DNA of 64,000 nucleotides from Oxalobacteraceae bacterium. GTDB lineage: Bacteria > Pseudomonadota > Gammaproteobacteria > Burkholderiales > Burkholderiaceae_D. Shown in pieces: positions 19,182-29,725 of this stretch (position 1 is its first letter; the number at the start of each line of letters is the position of its first letter). The position numbers and the translations under genes were made by a program. The stretch covers positions 12,747-76,746 of the forward strand of contig CANIFC010000001.1 of NCBI GenBank assembly GCA_947466695.1, read 5' to 3'. The notes beneath the pieces are model-generated. The model was not told the origin of the DNA. It did not search any database and saw only the letters and a program-made list of their open reading frames with translations.

Positions 19182-20177
19182 CTACCTGACCTTCAACATG
19201 ATCTTGCCGATATGCGTGCTGCTTTCCATCAGCGCATGGGCTTGTGCCGCCTCTGCCAGCGGAAAGACCTGGTGGATGACCGGCTTGCAGCTACCGCTGG
19301 CGAGCATCGGCCAGACCGTCTTGAGCAAGGAACGGGCGATGCCGGCTTTCTCTGCTATCGAACGCGGACGCAAGGTTGATCCGGTAATGGTCAGGCGCTT
19401 GAGCATGATCGGTAACGCGTCGATCTGGGTGGTACTGCCTTGCAGGAAGGCGATTTGCACCAGCAGACCGTGCGGTGCCAGTGTCCAGATATTTTTGTTG
19501 ATGTAGTCACCGCCAACCATGTCGAGAATCACGTCAACGCCGCGCTTGCCGGTAAAGGTGAGCGCTTCCTGGACAAAATCCTGTTCGCGGTAATTAATTG
19601 CCAGATCGGCCCCGATGCTGGTGCAAAATGCCGCTTTGGCTGCATTGCCAACCGTGGTGATGACTTTGGCACCCAGGGCTTTGCCAAGCTGGATGGCGGT
19701 CAGGCCGATGCCGCTGGAGCCACCGTGGATCAGCAGCGTTTGCTCTTTCCATGGGCGCTCACGGTCAAAAACATTGGTCCAGACGGTGAAATAATTTTCC
19801 GGCAATGCCGCCGCTTGCAGCAGATCAAGTCCCTCCGGAACCGGCAGGCAATGCAGGGCTGGCGCCGTGCAATACTCGGCATAACCGCCGCCAGCCGTTA
19901 ATGCGCAGACCTGGTCACCGATATTCCAGGCAGTGACATCGTCTGCCTTGGCGACGATGATGCCGGACACTTCCAGACCCAGTACAGCCGACGCACCTGG
20001 CGGTGGCGGGTAGCTGCCGGAACGCTGAAAGACATCAGGACGGTTCACCCCAGCGTAGTGCACCGCTATCAGCACTTCGCCACTGGCTGGCTGGGGTAAA
20101 GGGCCTTCCTTGATCTGCAGGACAGCCGCGCTGCCGCCCGTGCCATGGTCAACGTAACGCATAGAAGTTTTCATCAT
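19182..20177 (-). CDS. NAD(P)H-quinone oxidoreductase, PIG3/zeta-crystallin family
   Basis: AGVNRPDVFQRSGSYPPPPGAS, LIHGGSSGIG, GSTLRPRS, HIGKIML. Confidence 0.93.
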   Translation of the reverse strand: MMKTSMRYVDHGTGGSAAVLQIKEGPLPQPASGEVLIAVHYAGVNRPDVFQRSGSYPPPPGASAVLGLEVSGIIVAKADDVTAWNIGDQVCALTAGGGYAEYCTAPALHCLPVPEGLDLLQAAALPENYFTVWTNVFDRERPWKEQTLLIHGGSSGIGLTAIQLGKALGAKVITTVGNAAKAAFCTSIGADLAINYREQDFVQEALTFTGKRGVDVILDMVGGDYINKNIWTLAPHGLLVQIAFLQGSTTQIDALPIMLKRLTITGSTLRPRSIAEKAGIARSLLKTVWPMLASGSCKPVIHQVFPLAEAAQAHALMESSTHIGKIMLKVR

Positions 20178-20236
20178 AATCCTTGTAAATTAATTGACGT
20201 ATGCAAGCAGTGTACAGCTCAGGCGTCCGGCAGGTC

Positions 20237-20302
20237 AGGCGACGGCGGACAACAGCTCGCGCAGGTTACGCTTGAGTAGTTTACCGTTGGCGTTACGTGA
20301 AC
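20237..20302 (-). pseudogene. Relic of the C-terminus of an AMP-binding (acyl-CoA synthetase) gene
   Basis: Minus strand reads SRNANGKLLKRNLRELLSAVA*, matching the A10 motif PRxxxGKxxK/R. No upstream body. Confidence 0.6.
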
Positions 20303-20558
20303 CGGATCAAGCCTTAAAAAAGACGATGCTGGAGTACGGCATAAACGAGCGCACATCAATAGAATGGTACAACCGATGTGATGATATTGTCCCTGCCTTA
20401 ACGAGACACCGGACATGCCAAGCGCGATTAATTATCCGAAAAATAGTACGAGATCCCACATCAGGCAACGGCGGAGCGCCAATGGTTTTTGTTAGTTTTT
20501 GTTAGTTTCTGTTACTCTCGTGCCGGTTCATATTTCCATCCTGTTTGAGAAAAAAATC

Positions 20559-20921
20559 ATGAAAAGTAGTTTGAAAGGCGCCCTCGTCTACTCCACCGAG
20601 GTCGGTCGTATCTGTTCCGGATGCGGGCTTGCCATTGCGCAGTGCGCGTGCAATGGCCTGGCCAAGGCTGCGCCGCTGGGCGACGGTGTGGTGCGCGTGT
20701 CGCGCCAGACCAAGGGCCGGGGCGGCAAGAGTGTCACGGTTGTCAAAGGTCTGGCACTCGATGCGATCGCCCTCGCTTTACTGGGCAAACAATTACGCAC
20801 CGCCTGCGGTTCCGGCGGAACGGTCAAGGATGGCGTAATTGAAGTGCAGGGCGACCATTGCGAGCTGGTGATGGAAATCTTGAAAAAACACGGCCATAGC
20901 GCGAAGCGCGCTGGTGGCTAA
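20559..20921 (+). CDS. yciH: Translation initiation factor Sui1 (YciH-like)
   Basis: LVYSTE, VRVSRQTKGRGGKSVTVV, CGSGGTVKDGVIEVQGDH. Confidence 0.9.
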   Translation: MKSSLKGALVYSTEVGRICSGCGLAIAQCACNGLAKAAPLGDGVVRVSRQTKGRGGKSVTVVKGLALDAIALALLGKQLRTACGSGGTVKDGVIEVQGDHCELVMEILKKHGHSAKRAGG

Positions 20922-21063
20922 ATGGAAATTTTCGCGTTGGTGTGCAAGTGAGCGCCGACGTGCAGCAAGCGATTAGTCCGCCGGCACTGGCAGGCCTGAT
21001 CGGTTTGGAAGCCGCTGCTGCAAGCGGCATGGCGTGGAAGCCCGGAATCCGGAAGCAATATTT

Positions 21064-21870
21064 TTAGCGCCCTGTGAACGCAGCCGGACGCTTTTCAAAG
21101 AAAGCGTTGAGGCCTTCAGCGAAATCATGCGTGTCGGTACAGGCAAGAAAAGCAGCGTGCTCGACTTCCATTTGCACTGCCAGCGGTGTTTCAAATGACT
21201 GGCGTAACAGGGCTTTGATACGACCGAAGGCAAAGGTCGGTCCGTCCGCCAGGCGACGCGCCAATGCGTCGGTCTGCGCTTGCAGATCGGCTGACGGAAC
21301 CACCCGGTTGACCAGATTCAAACGTAGTGCCTCTTGGGCATCAATCGTCTCTGCGAGTAGCGCCAGTTCCAACGCCTTGCGTAAGCCGACAATGCGCGGC
21401 AGGGACCACGAACTGGAACCGTCGAGCGAAGCGCCGATGCGCGAATACGCCAGCGTAAAACGGGCGTTATCCGCGGCGATTGCCAGATCGCACGCCATGG
21501 CCAGGCTGACGCCCGCACCGGCAACGGCGCCATGCAGCGAAGCGATAACCGGTTGGGATAACCCGGCCATCAAGGCAAGCGCTTCGTGTAAAGGACCAAT
21601 GATAGAGTCGGCCGTCGTGCCCGCATTGGGAATATCGGCATGAAAGGCACCGATATCTCCGCCAGCCATGAAACCTTTACCGGCACCTTGCAAAATGATG
21701 ACGCGAGCGGCCGGCTCGGACGCCAAGCTCCGGATGGCGCTCAAAAAAGCATTCGCAAGCGGCGCATCGATGGCATTCAGGACGGTCGGGCGATTGAAGG
21801 TAATGCGCGCAATACCGTTGTCTATCGTCAGTAAAAGTGGCGAGTTTTGTTGATCGTTAATAGAGTTCAT
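21064..21870 (-). CDS. Enoyl-CoA hydratase/isomerase family protein
   Basis: ITFNRP..LNAI, FMAGGDI, GAVAGAGVSLAMACDL, AFFEKRPAAF. Confidence 0.92.
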   Translation of the reverse strand: MNSINDQQNSPLLLTIDNGIARITFNRPTVLNAIDAPLANAFLSAIRSLASEPAARVIILQGAGKGFMAGGDIGAFHADIPNAGTTADSIIGPLHEALALMAGLSQPVIASLHGAVAGAGVSLAMACDLAIAADNARFTLAYSRIGASLDGSSSWSLPRIVGLRKALELALLAETIDAQEALRLNLVNRVVPSADLQAQTDALARRLADGPTFAFGRIKALLRQSFETPLAVQMEVEHAAFLACTDTHDFAEGLNAFFEKRPAAFTGR

Positions 21871-22310
21871 ATTGACTAAAAATCCTATGAAGTCGACAGG
21901 CGTCGGATTGAAATTTTTAAATGTTGACAGCATCAGTCTACCGATTTTTTGTGTTTTATGTCACGACAAACCGACTGGCAATTTTTTCTCCACACAGCAA
22001 ATCGCTAAAGCCGGACGATTGCTTAACGTCGCGGCTGTCGCAGCGAAAGCCGCGACGAGTTTCATGGGGAACATATCGCATCTGGTACTGAGGAACGTCA
22101 AAGAGAAATCGGAAGTCCGATAAAAAAATGGACAGTAAGCACTCGCGTGCTGCACAGTCCAGTCCCAGTCCCAGTCCCGGTCTCAATTACGGTTTCAGCT
22201 CCAAAAACGGAGCTTGCCCAGCTGAATAGACCCCGTCCCCGAAAAACCGGTTCACCTTAATCTGTGCGACCTTAGCTGACATCGATCATGACAGTTAGCC
22301 ACGTGAGGTA

Positions 22311-23873
22311 TTAAACACGTTCAAGCCGGCGAACTGGCGATGTACCAGAACCCAGACGGAAGCGGCTGACCAAGAGCGATAAGCTTTCTGCCCGTTCCAT
22401 CAATCCCGCTGAGGCAGCGTTCGTTTCTTCGGCCAGACTGGCGTTTTGCTGGGTATCATAATCCATACCTGCAATGGCGAGATTGACTTGCTCAATCCCC
22501 GAAGACTGCGCATCACTGACAGCGGTTATTTCTGCCATCATATCGGTCACACGCGTGATACTGACAACGATTTCTCGCATGGTGATTCCCGCTTGCTCGA
22601 CTAGTTGCGCTCCAAGCTCCACTTTCTCAACGGAGTCCCCGATCAGGGTCTTGATTTCTTTGGCAGCGGCAGCAGAACGCTGCGCCAGGTTACGCACCTC
22701 AGAGGCGACAACCGCAAAACCACGTCCTTGCTCACCTGCGCGCGCAGCCTCTACCGCGGCATTGAGTGCCAGAATATTGGTTTGAAAAGCGATCCCATCG
22801 ATCACGGCAATAATGTCGGCGATTTTTTTCGAAGAGTGATTAATCGTGTCCATTGTATCGACTACTTGCATCACCACAGTACCACCTTTAGCCGCCACTT
22901 CAGAAGCAGATCCGGCCAGGTGATTCGCCTGGCGCGCATTATCTGCATTTTGTCTTACCGTAGTAGAAAGTTGCTCCATTGACTCTGCGGTTCTACGCAA
23001 TGCATCAGCTTGTGATGCGGTTCTCGACGCAAGCGAAGAACTCCCTGAAACAATTTGCGTTGACGAGGCAGCGATCGATTCCGTACCTTCACGCACTTCT
23101 CTGACGATCGTTCCCAGACCGTCATTCATTTCTCCCAGGGCCGTCAAGAGTGTCCCTATTTCATCCTTGCTCTGCACGTTGACTTCACAACTCAGGTCAC
23201 CGTCAGCAACTGCTTGTGCCAGTTGGACCGCACCGTCTAACTGGATCGCAATGCGACGAGAAAAATAGATGCCGATAAAAATACTGGCAAAAATAACCAG
23301 GCACATCACAATTTCGCTAATGGCTGTTGTGTATTTACTATTATCACGAGAGCGATCAAAGTTCGCTTGCGCATCATCGATAATTTGTTTTTGTATTTTA
23401 GCCAACAAATCGGCTGGTGCCCTGTCCATTCCCTTCACACTTGCATCTCCGGCCACGGCATCAAAATCTGCGGACTTGAACGCGTCGAATCCTTTTCGAT
23501 AGCCTTCGCCCATTTTGGCATGCGCCGCAAGGAATTCTGTCAACAGCACTTTTACCTCGCCTTGCGGGAGGGAGGCTTGAAGTTTTTTCATTGCTTCTTG
23601 CACCTCAGCTTCTTCCTTCTGAAATGAAGACCAGTACTTATCCAAGGACTTTGGATCTTTACCCCGTAATAAGGTATTTTTCCATTCTTGTACCTGTGTT
23701 TTAAATTGCACTAAACTCAAGCCGATGATGCGCTCATTGCCGTAGTCGACGCTGATAATCCGGGCATATTGATCGTTCGTCCCGACTAACTTGTAAATGC
23801 CGAAAAGACCAGCAAAAGCCGTCAGCATGACCAGCGAAGAAAATAATACCGGGAGTTTTATATTGATCTTCAT
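22311..23873 (-). CDS. Methyl-accepting chemotaxis protein
   Basis: Two TM segments, HAMP (DEIGTLL), signalling hairpin [40 protein letters not shown]. Confidence 0.96.
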   Translation of the reverse strand: MKINIKLPVLFSSLVMLTAFAGLFGIYKLVGTNDQYARIISVDYGNERIIGLSLVQFKTQVQEWKNTLLRGKDPKSLDKYWSSFQKEEAEVQEAMKKLQASLPQGEVKVLLTEFLAAHAKMGEGYRKGFDAFKSADFDAVAGDASVKGMDRAPADLLAKIQKQIIDDAQANFDRSRDNSKYTTAISEIVMCLVIFASIFIGIYFSRRIAIQLDGAVQLAQAVADGDLSCEVNVQSKDEIGTLLTALGEMNDGLGTIVREVREGTESIAASSTQIVSGSSSLASRTASQADALRRTAESMEQLSTTVRQNADNARQANHLAGSASEVAAKGGTVVMQVVDTMDTINHSSKKIADIIAVIDGIAFQTNILALNAAVEAARAGEQGRGFAVVASEVRNLAQRSAAAAKEIKTLIGDSVEKVELGAQLVEQAGITMREIVVSITRVTDMMAEITAVSDAQSSGIEQVNLAIAGMDYDTQQNASLAEETNAASAGLMERAESLSLLVSRFRLGSGTSPVRRLERV

Positions 23874-24328
23874 TAGGCAAAACCTTTCCAAAAAGACACT
23901 CCACTATACCGTTATTATTAAATACGTGTTTTAGAGATACCATTTACTTAAACCCTGTTTTGTTCACGCTTTAAGCTCGGAAATTTGCAATGATAAATTC
24001 ATCGGCTCCTGCAGATTGAGCGCGCAAGGATCGTCAAGACGGACAAAAAGAACCGCGCAACGGTTGAGTGCCTCATCATCACGCACAAAGACTGCGGCGC
24101 CTCGACGAACAACAACGCCGGGGTCCATGCCACAATTGTTCAATTTCTTGATAAAAAAATATAGGCTGGACGAGAAAAATACCATTCACAGAATCCCGGA
24201 TAGTATTTTCCGGGTACAGCTGGCGAAAAAACTCTCTGCCGATACGCATCGCTGTTATCGAGACGAATGGTATGGAATTAATTTGGAGCTATGAATAATT
24301 CAAATATCGTTAAAAAATTTACTAAATG

Positions 24329-24424
24329 TGTCGGAAATTTTTACACTTGAAAAAGTCGACCGAGATGAAATATCTCCAAGTTATTGATTTCAATCAATTA
24401 TTACTTTCAGGCATATATATTGCT
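24329..24424 (+). promoter_or_regulatory. Sigma-54 promoter with IHF site and TGT-N11-ACA enhancer upstream of PEP-CTERM gene
   Basis: TGTCGGAAATTTTTACA (24329-24345). CAAGTTATTGATT matches the IHF consensus on the reverse strand (24377-24389). GG-N10-GC: GGCATATATATTGC (24410-24423). Confidence 0.7.
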
Positions 24425-24462
24425 TTTACTACGGATATACAAACAATATATAAAGAGATGAT

Positions 24463-25134
24463 ATGAAAACGTCGGCATTCCAAAAATTACTCGGCCTGAT
24501 GGCTCTGGTCTTGAGCAGCAGCCTGTCGGCAGCACCGATTGTGCTCGGCAGCGCCGACGCCGACAACGCCGGGGTCTTCACCCTGGCGACACCCCAGACC
24601 GGTGATTTGTTTGTACGCTTTGACCTCGGTTTCACCGGCACCGTCAGTACCAACGACTTTGCTGCGCTGTGGTTTGACAACATCACGACCGGCCAACATA
24701 CTAATCGCCCCAATTTTGGCCTGAAAGCCAATTCAGGAGCGGCAGGCTCAGACTATTTCGCCCGCACTTCGGGCGTAAGTGGCGTGTTCGACACAAGCCC
24801 ATCGGTTCAGGTCTCTAACGGCTCTACAGTAAATTTGTTCGCTCATCTGTACAAGACCGGGACTTCCCTTACCTACAACGAGCTTGATCTCTGGATCGGT
24901 TCATCCCTCTCAAGCGTCGCCTTGCTGAACACGACAGCCGATGTGATTGCCACTGGCAGCACTGGCTTGTCCTCCGTGTCTTTTCTGGGATTTCGTAACG
25001 CCAACCTGACCGGCGATAAAGTCACGATCAGCAATTTTTCGTTCACCAACAGCGTACCTGAACCGGGTAGCTGGGCGTTGATGGCGCTGGCACTAATGGG
25101 ATTAACGGCTGTCACATACCGCCGCAAAACATAA
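24463..25134 (+). CDS. PEP-CTERM sorting-domain protein
   Basis: Signal peptide. C-terminal VPEPGSWALMALALMGLTAVTYRRKT (PEP, TM, basic tail). Confidence 0.93.
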   Translation: MKTSAFQKLLGLMALVLSSSLSAAPIVLGSADADNAGVFTLATPQTGDLFVRFDLGFTGTVSTNDFAALWFDNITTGQHTNRPNFGLKANSGAAGSDYFARTSGVSGVFDTSPSVQVSNGSTVNLFAHLYKTGTSLTYNELDLWIGSSLSSVALLNTTADVIATGSTGLSSVSFLGFRNANLTGDKVTISNFSFTNSVPEPGSWALMALALMGLTAVTYRRKT

Positions 25135-25416
25135 AACCGCATTCACTTGTGCACTACCCGGAGAGCATGCCTGAGGCGTGCTCTTGCGTGCTCATGCGTG
25201 AACTCATAGAACAAGTAGTCGCATTGCCGTAGTCAACATCCACTCCCCCGTCAAAATCAGGATCAGGCCTGAACCACTCGATCTGCATTCTCTCCTCCAG
25301 ACCCCCTCCTTCTGCTATCCTTCCGGGCAGGCACGCTCGCAGCCATAACGCGGCCAGCGCCGTTCACATCACACCTTCGCCATTGATCACAATCAATTAA
25401 TAACGACTCATAACAC

Positions 25417-26040
25417 ATGCGATTACAAGGCAAACTCTCTCATTGGAATGATGCGAAAGGCATCGGTACCATCACATGGAACGCAAGTAATGACAGGGTC
25501 TTTGTCCATATCAGCGCTTTTACGAATAGTCGTCGGCGGCCCGCGGAAGGCGATATTGTCACGTATGAAGTCGAGCAGGATCAGAACGGAAAATTGAAGG
25601 CAGTCCGTGTTTCTTTTCCACAAAGCCGCCCTGATACAGTTAACAGGCAGTTCAAGGCAAAGCGTGGCCTTGTGACTGGCAGCGTCACTGCCCTGTTCCT
25701 GATCTATGTATCAGGCGCATTATTGACCGGGCGCATTGAGCGCAGTGTCGCCGGCATTTACACCGCAATGAGCATCATTACTTTCATTACCTATTCCATC
25801 GACAAAAACGCGGCACAGCAAGGAAGATGGCGCATCAAAGAAAGTACCTTGCACATGATGGCACTTTTTGGCGGCTGGCCCGGTGCCTGGGTAGCGCAAG
25901 TCATCACACGCCACAAAACGGTGAAAGCATCTTTTCAACGCGTTTTTTTAGGAACCTTGATAATAAATATTTTAGGTTTTATTTTGTACTCATCACCGGA
26001 AATCTCACATACCGTTTTGACGTTTTTAATACGGGTATAA
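25417..26040 (+). CDS. Cold-shock domain plus DUF1294 membrane protein
   Basis: GKLSHWNDAKGIGTI...VFVHISAF (CSD). YSIDKNAAQQGRWRIKESTLH...GGWPGA...RHKT (DUF1294). Confidence 0.9.
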   Translation: MRLQGKLSHWNDAKGIGTITWNASNDRVFVHISAFTNSRRRPAEGDIVTYEVEQDQNGKLKAVRVSFPQSRPDTVNRQFKAKRGLVTGSVTALFLIYVSGALLTGRIERSVAGIYTAMSIITFITYSIDKNAAQQGRWRIKESTLHMMALFGGWPGAWVAQVITRHKTVKASFQRVFLGTLIINILGFILYSSPEISHTVLTFLIRV

Positions 26041-26188
26041 AGGGCTGTCCCGCCTCACTTTCCACCCGATACCCCACGCCGGTGGAATACAGGCATCAGC
26101 ATACCGACTATACTGGGCGAACTAACGCAATGAGCGGTCCGGTCATTTGCAATCAGCGTCCAGCATCAACACACAAAGAAAAAACACT

Positions 26189-26569
26189 ATGGCCAAACCA
26201 GCCGACAGCAAATCTGCCACTGCATTCTCGAAGAGTTTTACAGGAAGCCTGACTGATCCAAACGGGAATATACGTCACTTTATCCAGGGAGCCTGTTGCC
26301 GTAACAATGACTTGCCAGCCATTGAATATGCCGATGGCAGCAAGATCTGGTACAAGGAAAACCCGAAACGCAGCGAGGGATTTGGCCAGCGTTCTGAAAT
26401 TCAGCACCGGGTTGGTGGCGCTTCAGCCATGTATGCCAATGGTGATGAACACTGGATGCAGAACGGCATTTTTCACCGTGAAGATGGCGAGCCGGCCTTC
26501 ATTTCCAAGTCAGTCAAAAAATGGTTTATCAACGGCAAACTCATTAAAATTGAGATCATCAAAGAATGA
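26189..26569 (+). CDS. Hypothetical protein with HRxDGxPA / WxxNG beta-hairpin repeats
   Basis: RNNDLPAIEYADGSKIWY, HRVGGASAMYANGDEHWMQNG, HREDGEPAFISKSVKKWFING. Confidence 0.7.
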   Translation: MAKPADSKSATAFSKSFTGSLTDPNGNIRHFIQGACCRNNDLPAIEYADGSKIWYKENPKRSEGFGQRSEIQHRVGGASAMYANGDEHWMQNGIFHREDGEPAFISKSVKKWFINGKLIKIEIIKE

Positions 26570-26772
26570 GCTTGAGAGTGAGGTACGGCCAACCCGCTCT
26601 GAGCACGCTTCGCTAATTTCCGAGGATTTTTAACTCATCCCGATAAGCGCATTGCCGGTTCACACTCGGCCTCAGGCTCATCACACGAATTGATACTCTG
26701 CACGGGCAGGTCTGGCGCAAAGTTCACGGCTCTTCAGCGATTCCGGGAGCCACTCGACTATTAGTGAGAAAA

Positions 26773-26979
26773 TCACTTGGCACGCGCTACTTTTTTCTGA
26801 AAATACTGGCATTCCTGCCCGGAAGATTCAATCACATCCAGAATGGGCTGACGCTGGCTTTTGAAGTCAAACGCACGACAGCCATATCTGAAATTGGGGT
26901 CGTGCGTGATGAAGTAGTGACTGCAGTCATTACAGCCCGGCGGCTTGTTAATTGGCTTAATGAGCGACTTGTTATCCAT
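26773..26979 (-). CDS. Small Cys-rich conserved hypothetical protein
   Basis: 68 aa, CNDCSHYFITHDPNFRYGCRAFDFKS...SSGQECQYF, four Cys. Confidence 0.7.
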   Translation of the reverse strand: MDNKSLIKPINKPPGCNDCSHYFITHDPNFRYGCRAFDFKSQRQPILDVIESSGQECQYFQKKVARAK

Positions 26980-27319
26980 AATTTATTGTGTTGATACAGG
27001 CAAGGTAATTTGGTGATTCTCACAGGCATTATGCGCGGAATCACCGTCTGGTGCAGCGCAAAATGAGCCCGGCAAATTTGTCCTTTCCTGCTAGCCTTCG
27101 CGGTCAGTCATCAGCGTACCAAAATGCAAGATGGATGCTACTCTGGACGCCTACTTTTTTCTGTGGGAATCGCCTTGTCGCTGCTGACGCAACGGCGTCA
27201 ACATCAAAAAACCTGCACACGATACTTTCATCAAAATGTTCCCTGATCGGTCTTGACGCCACTTTGGATGATAGCGCTGTACGACGAACTTGCAACCCGG
27301 CTAGCGCGAAGCTAAACAG

Positions 27320-27739
27320 CTAACATCCCGACAGTGTGTGAGCCCAGTCGATGACGGGTAGCAGGCGCTCGTTCAGGTGACGACGCGCATCGTCATATTC
27401 CAGCCAGCGATATTCGTGATGTTCAATATGGCCAAGCTGGGGATTGCCCTACAATTTCACCTTTTCATCGCCTGAGGCGGCCAGATAATAGCGCGCGATC
27501 TTGCCGCGGCCATAGCGCGCGGTCTCGATGAAGTCATGCCCCCAGGAAAACGCCAGATTCTCAATCGATGTTTCCTCCCATACCTCGCGACAGGCGGCGG
27601 CCAGCGGAGTCTCACCCGCTTCCACCAGACCTTTGGGAAAGTCCCAGTAATGATAACAGCGCAGCAGCAAATAGCGGCATCCATCCGGTCTGGAATGCAC
27701 AATGACGACGCCAGCTGAGAGGAGTGAAGATTGCATCAT
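27320..27739 (-). pseudogene. NUDIX hydrolase (Ap4A-hydrolase-like) interrupted by in-frame TAG at 27449-27451
   Basis: SAGVV, WDFPKGLVEAGETPLAAACREVWEETSI (Nudix box). After the TAG the same frame continues GNPQLGHIEHHEYRWLEYDDARRHLNERLLPVIDWAHTLSGC*. Confidence 0.8.
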
Positions 27740-28306
27740 AACGATAAATATATCGTGCTTTTTTATGCCGGATTTAGCAAAAATCAAGGCATGCAGCAAT
27801 GGAGCCAACGACCATCAATAAGGATTTTACCGCAGACTTTACCGCAGACGAAGCAAGAAGCTTACGGACACGTGTGCACATTGACAGACAAATTTGTCTA
27901 ACCCGGTCTGGCTGTCGTAAAAATCGCCTGCGTTTGTCGCACTATAGGAATTTTTTACCTCGGTACCATGTGAAAAAACGGCCTTCACGATAAGCTCGCT
28001 GGACTTTTATTTTAGGTGGCTACGGCAGAAGATAAGATAAAAAAGGAGTTCAGAGAGCAGGGGAAATCCGTGTCGGTTAATCCGCACCGGTTAATCCGCA
28101 CCGGATTTTGTTGACGTGTGCTGGCTGACATGCCCGGTACAGACCTGTGCCCGGAGATAAACTTTACGGCGACACTTCACTGAAAAATACGATTTTCATC
28201 GAAAAAAATCAATGAAAGTATCCGCCCCGTTTTTTAAATCTATTTGAATATGACGCTCATTACGACGCTCAATACGGCGTCCAATGAAATACCAGCGAGC
28301 GTCAAT

Positions 28307-28555
28307 TTAGCGGTAAAACGCTTCAACCTTGCCTTTTACCCGAACCATCAGCGGATGACCCTTGCGATCGAGTGCCTTACCGCCCGGCACTAAAATCCAG
28401 CCTTCGCTGAGGCAATACTCTTCGACTTCGAGGCGTTCCTTGTCATTGAGTTTAATGCCGACTTCGTGTTCAAACACGGCAGCGTTGTAATAAGGACTGC
28501 GCGGATCAACTGACAGCCGGTCCGGCAAAGGGGGAAATGTAGGGGTATCGTTCAT
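28307..28555 (-). CDS. DUF3297 family protein
   Basis: PDRLSVDPRSPYYN...VEEYCLSEGWI...GKVEAFYR. Confidence 0.85.
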   Translation of the reverse strand: MNDTPTFPPLPDRLSVDPRSPYYNAAVFEHEVGIKLNDKERLEVEEYCLSEGWILVPGGKALDRKGHPLMVRVKGKVEAFYR

Positions 28556-28825
28556 GGGCGCTGATTATCCACTAGAAACCCGATCCATACAATTAGCGAT
28601 TCACTGATCGTAGGGGTGAAGCAAGGCCGTCAGCCATTTATCAATACACAAAGGTACACGGGGAACACAACATCAACTTTAGCGCAATTGACGCAGCCTT
28701 GTCTCACAGGCGCACGCAGGGGGCGTTGAGCGCACTTTGTATGAATGCCCCACACGCGATCACACCGTTGCCGCTTATTGCACTAAAATGCAGGGCTTTC
28801 GCTGCTCGATGCAGATTGTTCGCGG

Positions 28826-29725
28826 ATGTTCCCGAATGACCCCGGCCTCGATGCTGCCCCGTACATGAAACTATCCCATCAACCACACGCCGTATCACGC
28901 CTGCGCTCTTCCCGTCTTGAGCGCAGTACCAGACCATTTTTAGCCCGTGGCGGGCCGCATGGCGAGCGTTGCGGCGGCTGTCGCCTGATACTGAGCCACT
29001 GCCTGTGCGCCCTGCGCCCGGTGGTGCCCACGCGTGCCGGAGTGTGCCTGCTCATGGCCGAACATGAAACGCTCAAGCCCAGCAACACCGGCTGGCTGAT
29101 TGCCGATGTCGTGCCCGATACGATGGCGTTTGGCTGGGCCCGCACAGCGGTCGACCCGGCGCTGCTGGCACTGCTGGCAGATCCGCAATGGCAACCTTAT
29201 GTCGTGTTTCCAGGTGAGTTTGTTGCGCCAGAACGGGTGATCACACAGTTATTATCCGGGTACGGCAAGGCAAATAAGTGTGATGCTGACGATACCGATG
29301 TCAATGTCAATCTCAATCTCGATACCGATACCGATACCGATACCGATACCGATATGATGGTGCAGAATCCAGCCCCGGCATCAGGCGGCAAGCGCGCGCT
29401 GTTTATCCTGCTCGACGCGACCTGGCCAGAGGCGCGCAAGATCTTCAAGAAAAGCCCCTATCTGAATCAATTTCCTGTGCTGAGCCTGGCGCCGGAACAA
29501 TTGTCACGCTACCGCTTGCGCCGCTCCCGCCGCGATGATCATCTGTGTACTTCCGAAGTAGCCGCCTTGTGCCTCGGTCTGGCTGGCGACACCCTGGCCG
29601 CGCAAACTCTGGAAGCCTATCTGGATGTCTTTACCGACCACTACCTCAGCGCCAAGCAGCAGCTTAAAGTGGACAGGGAAGACGCCGTACACCAGCGCTT
29701 ATACGATTTACGTTTGCCGGTGTAA
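28826..29725 (+). CDS. DTW-domain tRNA-uridine aminocarboxypropyltransferase (TapT/YfiP-like)
   Basis: CxxC..CxC, KPSNTGWLIAD, LLDATWPEARKIF, CTSEVA. Start may be ATG 28865. Confidence 0.88.
   Translation: MFPNDPGLDAAPYMKLSHQPHAVSRLRSSRLERSTRPFLARGGPHGERCGGCRLILSHCLCALRPVVPTRAGVCLLMAEHETLKPSNTGWLIADVVPDTMAFGWARTAVDPALLALLADPQWQPYVVFPGEFVAPERVITQLLSGYGKANKCDADDTDVNVNLNLDTDTDTDTDTDMMVQNPAPASGGKRALFILLDATWPEARKIFKKSPYLNQFPVLSLAPEQLSRYRLRRSRRDDHLCTSEVAALCLGLAGDTLAAQTLEAYLDVFTDHYLSAKQQLKVDREDAVHQRLYDLRLPV
29321..29353 (+). repeat. In-frame hexanucleotide microsatellite (GATACC)n encoding a DT run
   Basis: gataccgataccgataccgataccgataccgat. Confidence 0.9.

Noticed and set aside
21975-22080. Possible riboswitch upstream of the enoyl-CoA hydratase (hairpin gtcgcggct...agccgcgac)
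   Set aside because: One strong hairpin only. I could not match the conserved motifs of any known riboswitch class; an Infernal/Rfam search would be needed.
26773-26979. Label 'uracil-DNA glycosylase' that I recall being attached to similar small proteins
   Set aside because: At 68 aa it has no UDG catalytic motifs.
27449-27451. Pyrrolysine or programmed amber readthrough
   Set aside because: No pyl genes are in the window, and TAG is used as a normal stop for neighbouring genes.
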